Shown: one piece after another, positions 1-9,120 of the stretch | How the letters are laid out: every line of letters begins with the position of its first letter | Numbering within the stretch: the stretch's first letter is position 1 | Assembly (NCBI RefSeq): GCF_001194135.2 | Contig: NC_068985.1 | Span: 80,674,084 to 80,730,804 of the forward strand | Reading direction: 5' to 3' | DNA: 56,721 bases | Source: Octopus bimaculoides | Taxonomy: Eukaryota | Program-made: the position numbers and the translations under genes | Notes under the pieces: generated by a model | Told to the model about the DNA's origin: nothing | Database searches by the model: none | The model's input: the letters and a program-made list of their open reading frames with translations, nothing else

Positions 1-374
1 TTAACCATACATGCTGGTTTTGTTGTTGTTATTGTTGCTGCTACTGTTGTTATTGTCACTTATTTTTTTGTATTTTGACGCTACTTGCCTTCAGAAGTTA
101 GTGGTCCTAAACTCCCTAGGGAATTTTATGCCAGCTTCATCACTTTTATTTATTTATTTATTTTTATTTATTTATTTTTTTTTTGAAACGAGATCGAAAT
201 AAGCATTTTATACCGATAGATTTTAGACACTTTTTTTCTGAAACTGGTAAGATTATGTAGGAGTTGAAAAAAAAGACACTTACCCAGGCAGTGGTCAAGC
301 AGTAAATGGTATGGAATACTGCACACACACTGCACTCTCCACTGCACCCTCATGTAGTCCCGCTCCCACATACA

Positions 375-548
375 CATATATGCAGAATATAGGCTTCCTA
401 CAGCTTCCATCTGCCACTCACTTGCAAGGCATTGGTCAACTTAAGGCCATAGTAGAGGACACCTGTTCAAGACACTGTGCAGTAGGACTGAATCTGAAAC
501 CAAGCGGTTGGAAAACAAATTGCTTGCAAAATAAACCACAGCTAAGCC
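375..548 (-). mobile_element. Degenerate 5' part of SINE family B (tRNA head plus CCTTGGGCAAG CORE-like block)
   Basis: Similar to the minus-strand copy at 29541-29948 (gtagaggacacctgttcaagacactgtgcagtaggactgaat). Confidence 0.55.
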
Positions 549-1439
549 ATACTTTGTGCATTTAGTTTTATAGGTGTAAAAAATGGTGTTGTGTCAAAGG
601 TAGCTTAGCCATGTGATAAAAATAGTTTGATAAAAATATGTACCTGACTGAAATAAGTACTGGAGTCAGTCGGATTGTCTGAAATCCCTGAAGACAGTGT
701 CCTAACATAACTGCAGTTTGATGCTTGAAATGAGCAAAACAATAAAAGAATACAAGTGTATCCAAAATAGAAAGAGCAGTGCCCACAAGTTTTACTAGGT
801 CTTTCAGACTCTGGTATGATGGCAATGATTTTGTTGATAGAAAGGAAAAAAAAAAAAACAAGACAAAAGAGACCCTCTCCCCTTGAAATTTGTAGCCTTG
901 CACTAGCGAAGAAGTTATTATTTTAGAGTTATCTTGTTAACTCTATTATCAGGTTTAATGATGATTGGTAATATTACATTCCACAGATTGAGCTTAAAGC
1001 ATCACTAAGAAAAACATGAAAAGAAATTGTACTGTCTGCTCCACTCCTTCCACTCAAAATTATAAATGTTTTGCTATCATTATTTAATTTAGCATTTAGA
1101 TTCCAATAAATGATTCTAGTAAATGATTGACATCTGATATTATCATGGTGATATACAAGAAAATGAATATGACTTTTGATACATTTGCAATAAAAATTAT
1201 CATATCTCTGGTTTTCATCTATTTTCATTCATACAGAAAAAAACAATTTTTCAAAATTTTAATCATGCAGAAAAAGAAATGTGAAGCATTGCATTATGTA
1301 GAATATTAGTGGGACATTGTCCACAGAACTTCTGAAGTGTTAACACATTACATGCCAAAACCTAGTGTTCTACTAAGTAGAAGACTGTGATGAGTTTACT
1401 CTGTCCGTGCACGCACGCGCGTGTGTGTGTGTGCGTTGC

Positions 1440-2180
1440 ATTTTTGTCCAGAGAGAGAAGAATCAAAGAATCAGTGTCTACAGCATTTGCAGACCTTCCT
1501 AGAACTAATGAGGTTGAAGAGGTTTTGTTAGAAGCATTTTGGTTGTGTGAAGCTTCTGTTTCATCTGATATATGGGGACACTATTCTAATGTGGGATCAG
1601 TAAAATTTTTGGAATTTGTACACTATTAGTTATAAGTGTGTTACTTTACTACATGCACTGATTGTATTTTGGTAATTTTGATGGTAACCAATTTGTAATG
1701 TCCTTATTTTATACATAGAAGTAGTATACATATGGAATAAGGGGTTTAGGTTATCATGTAGATAGTGCTTGTGCCAGAGAGTTTAAGGAGTGAAGTGTGA
1801 TGTTATTTACATATGAATGTATCTGGTTGGAAGAAACAATTAGTGGGTCATTGATATAGGCAAGAAAGAGCATGCACAACATTGCTGAGCATTGAAACCT
1901 ACCAGAGTTAATGGAATATGAGTCAAAAGGCCTTTATCAACACATACTGCAATAGAAATGTTTGAAAATAATCATATGATCCAAAGATTGCAAGAGATAT
2001 GAGGTAAGAGTTGAATGGATCTCTTGTAGGCAATTTTTCCAAATGATTTTTGTGTCTGGAGTATTAAAAGGCTTTGCTGATATTATTGCTATATGTTATT
2101 TGTAAGAATCTTTGATCAGTTCTACTTGGATAGAATTGTAATAGAGAACATTATATGCAACCTGTTGGTTGCATATAACA
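1440..2180 (-). mobile_element. Degenerate CR1/Jockey-group LINE reverse transcriptase fragment
   Basis: Minus strand reads SAKPFN...SYSINSGRFQCSAMLCMLFLAYINDPLIVSSNQIHSYVNNITLHS and later PTLE*CPHI. These resemble the RT motifs SKAFD, INSGVPQGS-LF-YINDL, HSYADD and RPxLEYCxHIW, with stops and frameshifts. Confidence 0.65.
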
Positions 2181-2412
2181 TTCCCTAAACTAACCTTAGT
2201 AACATTTTGAACTCAGAATGTAAATGTGCAGGACTAAATAATGTAAGAACATTTAGTCTGACACTCTAATGTTTTTACTACCTTACCAATGTATGTTTTT
2301 TGATAGTTCCTGTGTTAAGTTCAAATATTCCTAGTGGTGTTGTTTCAAGAAGGAGAATCACTACGACGAAGATGATAATGATGGTGTTGATCTATTTTTT
2401 TTTTCCTTTCAG

Positions 2413-2582
2413 GTCATTTGAGCACATATTTGAAACAGTGTCTATTGCTGAAAACACAAAATTTCTCATACGAGCTTCATATCTTGAAATTTACAACGAG
2501 GAAATCCATGATTTACTTGGGAAGGATACAAAATTGTCAATGAGTTTGAAAGAACACCCAGAGAAAGGAGTTTATGTTCAAG
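2413..2582 (+). CDS. KIF17: Internal coding exon of a kinesin-2 (KIF17/OSM-3-like) motor domain
   Basis: Translates (R)[56 protein letters not shown](G). It contains the kinesin SYLEIYNE motif, and AENTKFL and [11 protein letters not shown] are KIF17-type rather than KIF3A/B-type. Acceptor: polypyrimidine tract ttttttttttcctttcag| (AG 2411-2412, phase 2). Donor: G|gtaaat (GT 2583-2584, phase 1). Confidence 0.93.
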
Positions 2583-2673
2583 GTAAATGAAAGAACTAGT
2601 TTTATTACCAAAAGCTATATCCAGATTGTTTATTGCTACTTGTGTTCATAAATATTTCATTATCAATTCTTAA

Positions 2674-2893
2674 CTCTTTAGCATTCAGATTACTCTCTCA
2701 AATGTAATGTTTATTCATTCACATTGTTTTGAATTTAATCATGCATTATCACATAATTTTGAGATTTTGATGATGTGATTGTTTATTTTTAGACTGACAT
2801 TGTAGGCTAGGTGTGAGAAATAGGACTGGCTGGTTTGAACATGAAACAAGTAGAATACCTGGTCTAGATATGGCCAGTTTAAATGCTGATGGG
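2674..2893. mobile_element. piggyBac-like MITE, family P1
   Basis: TTAA 2670-2673, then CTCTTTAGCATT ... AATGCTGATGGG, then TTAG 2894-2897. The internal sequence is the reverse complement of the copies at 13379 and 20520. Confidence 0.7.
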
Positions 2894-3699
2894 TTAGATA
2901 ATTAAAAAAAAAAATGTCTACTTTTTCTAATTGACCTCTCCTTGCTAAAATTTATAGATATATGAGATTTTGAAATTTTTTGTCCATGTGATTAATTATA
3001 AAATCTTCATAAACAAAATGAAAATCACATTTTTTTTTCAAATCCAAGAACAACAAGCTTGTCATAAAAACAGTTATTTTCTCTGTATATGTAATTTCTA
3101 TGGAATTATACACTTATAAAATGTACATAGCTTTTGATCAGTACAAGCATGGGTTTTTGATCCAAAGTATGACACCTTATTATTAAAGAGTTATTTACTT
3201 AATATCTTTCTGATGTTTATCCAAACCTTTTTGGTAACATGTAAAGTATATAGTTTACTGTTTAGATTAAAAACTATCAGTTACATTCAGGGAGTAGTAA
3301 AGTGTAATGAAGCATTATAAAGTCACAGATTTACCATATGCCACTTTCATCAAATATTGATTGTATGATCCATTGGTAGAACACTTGCTATGTCTACAGG
3401 AGACTTGGATTTGAGGCTCATGGGCAGCTTTTGACTTTTCTATCCAAAAAGGGTTTTTCACCTAAGTATTTACATACTATTATTTATACCTTTATGTTTT
3501 CCAAGATCCACTGTTTCAAAAAAGAATTATTTCACATTCTCTTGGAAGCTTATAAAATTCTTCTGATGTCAATGACTTACAATTCTTGCTGGTAAGAATA
3601 AAGTTTCTAAAATGGATAGAGAAATTCAAAGGATTGCTTTGGTCCAATGGTAGAATACCTGTCTTTATGTGACTTTTCATCACTGGAAAAAGGATGTAT

Positions 3700-3835
3700 G
3701 TATTTGCATTGGGACCCCTTCGCATCGATGACCGGCGATTGTCGTGCGCTGATGAAGGGTAAATACCTAGAAACCCCAGTCCATGCGTATCATGTCAGGT
3801 CAAAGATGGGAAGGATGGCTTCCCTTTGCAAATAC
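3700..3835 (+). ncRNA. Candidate type I hammerhead ribozyme at the apex of a long rod-like hairpin
   Basis: Core elements: CTGATGA 3749-3755, stem II 3757-3768 (GGGT-AAAT-ACCT), GAAA 3770-3773, 2-bp stem III with loop CCCA, GTC triplet 3779-3781. Stem I is CGTGCG 3743-3748 with CATGCG 3782-3787, continued by seven further helices to 3700/3835. Defects: A-A at the base of stem II and a C-A mismatch in stem I. Confidence 0.55.
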
Positions 3836-3970
3836 TGATAGGGCACAGAAAGTGTGTTAATATCCAGCTGGAGGAGGTGTCCTCCTGGGGCTACAAGCTA
3901 CAGTAGCGTCCACCCTTTGCCACATTTAAGTGGCAAATATACTTCACATTATATATATATATATATATAG

Positions 3971-4252
3971 CTAGTGCCATGTAAAAAGCATCCAATCCAT
4001 ACTGTTAAGTGGTTGATATTTGGAAGAGCATTCAACTGTGAAAACTGTACCAAAGCAGACCTTACCAGTACTGGTGCATATAAAAAGCACCTAGACCATC
4101 CTGTATGGTGGTTGGCATTATGAAGGGCATCCAGCTGTAAAAACCATGCCAAAACAGACAGTGAAGCCTGGTGTAGTCTTCTGGCTTGCCAGCTCCTATC
4201 AAATCATCCACCTCATGCCAGTATGGAAAACTGACATCAAATGATGATAATG
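3971..4252 (+). mobile_element. (GAT)n-tailed RTE-related short repeat, family C
   Basis: Motifs gtgccatgtaaaaagca, tggttggcattatgaagggcatccagctgta and catgccagtatggaaaa, then an atgatgat tail. About 10 copies occur in the window. Confidence 0.8.
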
Positions 4253-4279
4253 GTATATATCCAGACATACTCATTTACT

Positions 4280-4830
4280 CACGCTTTTATTGTTGGTCTT
4301 TTGTGTTCACCATGCATTGCATTATTTCATCCATACCTGTTATTGATCTCTTACTCTCCTCTTCTTAGTTCTCATTGTCCTATGCTCCTGGTGTGTCTGA
4401 GGAAGGCAGTGAATCTCTGTTGTCACTGCACCTGCTCTGATCCTCTTTTCCATCATTCCTTTTGTGTCACTCACTAATACAGAATCCACCCTCTTTCCAT
4501 TTGTAATGTGACTGTACTCATCACTGGACCCTTCTTACTCATCATCTATGCATTGATAATTACATGGAACTACTTGTGCCTAGTTTACTCTACTTTTACC
4601 CCACCTCTTATATTGTCTTTTGTCACCCTGTGCCACTCAGTCTGCCAGCATACTCTTATTCTCTTTTTCTCACACATCCTGGGTTTCTGTCATCATTCTG
4701 TTCCTAGACTTCTGTCACCATCTTGCCATCTCAACCATGTTGCCTTGTATATATGTAGCTATCTTAGGTTACTGAATATTCTTATCATTCCTTCCCCTGT
4801 CACATAATCCTCTCATCTCTATCATTCATG
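4280..4830 (-). mobile_element. Possible highly degenerate RTE endonuclease-region relic
   Basis: Purine-rich minus strand with VDSVLVS (similar to IDYILV) and CLPQTHQEHR (similar to C-QHRL). Weak match. Confidence 0.3.
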
Positions 4831-4911
4831 CTTCTCACTCTGTAATGAAACTAGCCAGAGATTTGGAGTTGTGAAATCCCTTTAGTTGTGCCATGGCTAT
4901 TTCTTTAATGA

Positions 4912-5214
4912 TGATGGCATGTAAAGCACACCTGCACAGTGTGATGTTGTGAAGACCTTTTAGTCTCCTTGAAGGCATGACACTAGTGCCATGAAAAATG
5001 CACCCAGTACACTCTGAAAAGTGGTTGGTGTTAGGAATGGCATGTAGCTGTAGAACCAAACCAAAAATACAATACCATTGAGATCAGGTCTCACAGTCCA
5101 TCTAGATGAACAGTTTCCCCCTTGAATACATGTTGACTGTGACTATAGTGACTTGTCCACTCCAAGCCTGCATGGAAAGTGGGCATAAAATAATGAGGAT
5201 GATGATGATGATGA
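4912..5214 (+). mobile_element. Family C (GAT)n-tailed repeat
   Basis: gtggttggtgttaggaatggcatgtagctgtagaacc ... gcatggaaagtgggc, then (GAT)n. Confidence 0.7.
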
Positions 5215-5404
5215 GTTTTATATATGTACTAAACAACGACATCATAGGAGAGTCCTCTTAGAAGAGTCATTATAATCATGTATGCAGTTACATTCATGTT
5301 TATTTCATTTCTTGGGGCTCACGGAGGCAATGATTGAGACCTTTTGCATTATCGTGCTTGAGAAGAAGATCCATCAAGCCGTGCAAAATCACAGTCATGG
5401 CAGA

Positions 5405-5621
5405 TACTGGTATCACATAAATGGTACTCATGCTGGTGGCACGTAAATGCACCCATTACACTCTTGCAGTGGTTGGTATTAGGAAGGGCATCCAGCTGTA
5501 GAAATATTGACATATCAGACTGGAGTCTGGTGCAGTCTTCCAGCTTTCCAGCCCTGGTCAAACCGTTCAACCCATGCCAGCATGGACAACGGACATTAAA
5601 TGATGATGATGTTGATGATGA
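5405..5621 (+). mobile_element. Family C (GAT)n-tailed repeat
   Basis: gtggttggtattaggaagggcatccagctgtagaaa ... caacccatgccagcatggacaacggacattaaatgatgatgat. Confidence 0.85.
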
Positions 5622-5629
5622 TACACTAA

Positions 5630-5860
5630 GGCGGCGAGCCGGCAGAAACATTAGCACGCTGGGCGAAATGCTTAGCGGTATTTCGTCTGCCGCTACGTTC
5701 AGAGTTCAAATTCTGCTGAGGTCCACTTTGCCTTTCATCCTTTCGGGGTCGATTAAATAAGTACCAGTTATGCACTGGGGTCGATATAATCGACTTAATC
5801 CGTTTGTCTGTCCTTGTTTGTCCCCTCTGTGTGTAGCCCCTTGTGAGTAGTAAAGAAATA
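5630..5860 (+). mobile_element. Young full-length tRNA-derived SINE, family A
   Basis: Head GGCGGCGAGCCGGCAGAA with B-box GAGTTCAAATTC, CpG-rich, ends gtaaagaaata. TSD acactaa(gg) at 5623-5629 and 5861-5867. Nearly identical to 50030-50250. Confidence 0.9.
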
Positions 5861-5867
5861 ACACTAA

Positions 5868-6085
5868 GGTTTCAAGTTGGTAAAATCATTATAGCATACT
5901 GGGCAAAATGCTTGATAGCATTTTGTCTGTCTTTACATTCTGAGTTCCAATGCTGCTGAAGTTGACTTTGCCTGTCATCCTTTCGGGGGTCGATAAATTA
6001 AGTACCAGTTATGCACTGGGGTTGGTGCAATTGACTTACCCTCTCCTCCAAACTTTCTGGCCTTGTGCCAAAATTTGAAACCAAT
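5868..6085 (+). mobile_element. Older SINE family A copy
   Basis: gggcaaaatgcttgatagc...gagttccaatgctgctgaagttgactttgcctgtcatcctttcgggg...gccttgtgccaaaatttgaaacc. Confidence 0.85.
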
Positions 6086-6102
6086 ATTATCATCCACTAT
6101 AA

Positions 6103-6314
6103 GGCAGTGAGCTGGAAGAATCAGTACTGTACTGGGCAAAATGCTTAGTGGCATTTTTTCTCTCTTTATGTTCTGAGTTGAAATTCCATTGAGGTTGACT
6201 ACCTTTTATTCTTTGGGGGGAGGGATGATAAAATAAGTAGGGTGAGGACTGGGGTTGATGTAACTGACTTATCCCATCCCCAAAACTGCTAGTCCTGTGC
6301 CAAAATTTGAAACA
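6103..6314 (+). mobile_element. Older SINE family A copy with ~20-bp TSD
   Basis: Head ggcagtgagctggaagaatc. Flanked by aatattatcatccactataa (6083-6102) and aatattatcatacactataa (6315-6334). Confidence 0.85.
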
Positions 6315-7503
6315 AATATTATCATACACTATAAAATGTCAAAAAGTTTTGTTGTACATCTGCAGCCTGGTTACTAATACAATTGCAAAGCAACTATTCA
6401 AAGACAGTTTTTATAAGCCATTGGAGATTTCTTTCTGTTTAGTTCGTTTTGTTTTTTCAAATTTCTCATTACATTCTTCTTTAAGTGGGAGGTTAATGTC
6501 TTCTACATATCATTTTGATAAATAAAGTAATTCTTTGCGATGCTGTTTGCCAGTTATCATCTGGAAAGCTGTTTTGTAGACAAGGTGCTGACTTCTTTGG
6601 TTATGTCAGTCTTTGACTTTCCTTCAGTGTTCATTGTTAGTAGGTGTGAATGTTTTTGGTATTTATTTGGGTACTAGACTTTAGTTTGCTTTAACATTGG
6701 ACTCACTGAAATTTGTTGTGTTTAATGGATCTTTCTTTTCATTTTCCTAATTGCTGTCTGAGTTGTTTATTATAATTTTTATAACTTTTTATTCTTCTGG
6801 ATATAATGGTGGAGTGGTAACATCATTTATAATTTATTTATGATGTATTTACAAGTTATCTCAAAGTAAATTTATACTTCTGCCTATGATTTATACTTTA
6901 AGTGATTACTATGTTGTTGTCCCTAGTTGCCTATGTTTAGCACCCTTCTAAAAAATCCCCCTATATTTTCATGCATAAAATAAAATGCAAATAAAAGTCA
7001 TTCAAAGGGAGTAGAATCTACACATTTTAAGTAGGGTCTGTTGATGTCCCTTTCAAACTTTGGTTAAAGCTTTGCTCATACTCTTGCATGCAAACTAACT
7101 CAATTACCTGTCTTAGCAAGCCCCAAAAGTTATGTAGATATGATATCTATACAGTCCATTAATTATACCATCATATTTATCAAGTGCAAATTGGTAAAAT
7201 ATACTGAGCATCAACCCTATGGACAGTTGTGATTCAGAAAATATTAGCTTTGTTTTTGCTTTCTAATCGCTAAAGAGATGCTATCTGCATATTATTGTTA
7301 GTTATAGAACATAAATACTTAACAAAATATAAAGCTTGTTATTGAAATAATATATAGTGTCAAACACATATGGAACTTCTGAAATCTTGTGATTTATTTC
7401 CAAGTGTTTTGTTGGTGAGTGGATATGAAGTCAGTTTTATGGAAAGAGAATCTATTTATTTTATATATGTTAATGAATCATCAAAAAAAAAAAAAAAAAA
7501 AAA

Positions 7504-7736
7504 NNNNNNNNNNNNNNNNNNNNNNNNNNNNNNNNNNNNNNNNNNNNNNNNNNNNNNNNNNNNNNNNNNNNNNNNNNNNNNNNNNNNNNNNNNNNNNNNN
7601 NNNNNNNNNNNNNNNNNNNNNNNNNNNNNNNNNNNNNNNNNNNNNNNNNNNNNNNNNNNNNNNNNNNNNNNNNNNNNNNNNNNNNNNNNNNNNNNNNNNN
7701 NNNNNNNNNNNNNNNNNNNNNNNNNNNNNNNNNNNN
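7504..7736. other. Assembly gap (N233) inside a poly-A run
   Basis: N run flanked by A tracts. Confidence 0.99.
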
Positions 7737-8693
7737 AAAAAAAAAAAAAAAAAAAAAAAAACTAGTAAAAAAACCTATTTGTAAAGTTGTCAGAATGGGG
7801 GTTTTGGAATTTTATTGTATCTTTACTACTTACGTATCTTTGATATGTTTTTTCTGTACTTGCTGAAGAAAGCAACGAACAATGGTATGTAAACTATTCA
7901 AAATTTCAATTCATATATTTCTATCTCTTTACAATAGAAGTAAGTCTTTTCATGAAAGAAAGGGATATTTCTCTATTGTATTTATACTTAGATTTATTTG
8001 TGCTGAACATCTTCTCTCCCTATCATTTCTTTTTTTCTTATTGGCTTTTAATCATGAGTTTTCAAAGATCCTTTTTATTAACAGTCATGTGTGGACAAAA
8101 TGATGTAGTGATTAGTTCTGCCCTTAATCTATATTATTGTTCTAGCATCGTGATAAATCCATCAAAACTTAGATATTGGCTTTGAATATTCTGTTCCTGT
8201 TTATTTTTGAACAACAATCAAAGTATGCTTTCATTAAATTCTTCAGCAATCATCATTTGAGTTTTGAATGGCTAACATTGTGAATTTTTAAAAATATATA
8301 TTTGCTGATGGGTACATAGCTTACATTTGTTTATTATGAACCCACTATATCTTCTATCATTTTTATAAATGGAATTATCACCATATAGAGTTTAAAAAAA
8401 AAGGAAAAAATTGAAAGGAAGCTCATTGAGTAGGTTCTTACATTGATCTATGCTGTATAAAATGGATCCAATTGATACAAATCACTCACTCATCATATTT
8501 TAGCAGTTTTCAATGGAGTCTGCCCTAATGTCATCAAGAAGGTGAAGAAATTTGAACCTATAGGTGCTGGACAGGTCTTATTATTATACTTATTATACAT
8601 CATTGTCGTTGTTATCATCAAGGAAAAAATGTGTGAAGTCCATATATATAATATAATAAATATAATGTAATATAATTTAATATATATGTATAT

Positions 8694-9087
8694 AGGTGCA
8701 GGTGTGGCTGTGTGGTAAGAAGCCTGCTTCCCAGCCACATGGTTCCAGGTTCAGTCTCACTGCATGGCACCTTGGGCAAGTGTCTTTTACTATAGCATTG
8801 GGTTGAACAAAGCTTTGTGAGTGGATTTGGTAGATGGAAATTGAAAGAAGTCCATTGAATATATATATATATATGTATATATTTATGTGTGTCTTTGTGT
8901 TTGTTCACCCTCATTGCTTGACAACTGATGTTGGTTTGTTCACGTCCCCATGACTTAGCAGTTCAGCAAAAGAGACCAATAGAATAAGTACTAGGCTTAT
9001 GGGGTCAATTATTTTGACTGAAACCCTTTAAGGCAGTGCTCCAGCATGGCCACATCAAATGACTGAAACAGATATAAGAATAAAAGA

Positions 9088-9088
<1 letters not shown>
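8694..9088 (+). mobile_element. Near full-length SINE family B
   Basis: aggtgcaggtgtggctgtgtggtaag (A-box-like), ggttcagtctc (B-box-like), gcaccttgggcaagtgtctt CORE-like block, internal (TA/TG)n, tail gactgaaacag...taaaagaata. Confidence 0.85.

Positions 9089-9120
<32 letters not shown>

Noticed and set aside
1387-1629. 80-aa plus-strand ORF behind an acceptor-like tttttgtccag
   Set aside because: It is antisense to a decayed CR1/Jockey-like RT and shows no kinesin similarity.
1985-2010. Strong donor-like GAG|GTAAGA in the right phase to precede the kinesin exon
   Set aside because: The upstream frame has stops and does not encode the expected GIIPR, and it lies inside the LINE relic.
5630-5720. 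tRNA-like A/B boxes (also at 8694, 20044, 50030, 53347)
   Set aside because: These are SINE heads that continue into SINE bodies and tails; no complete cloverleaf is present.
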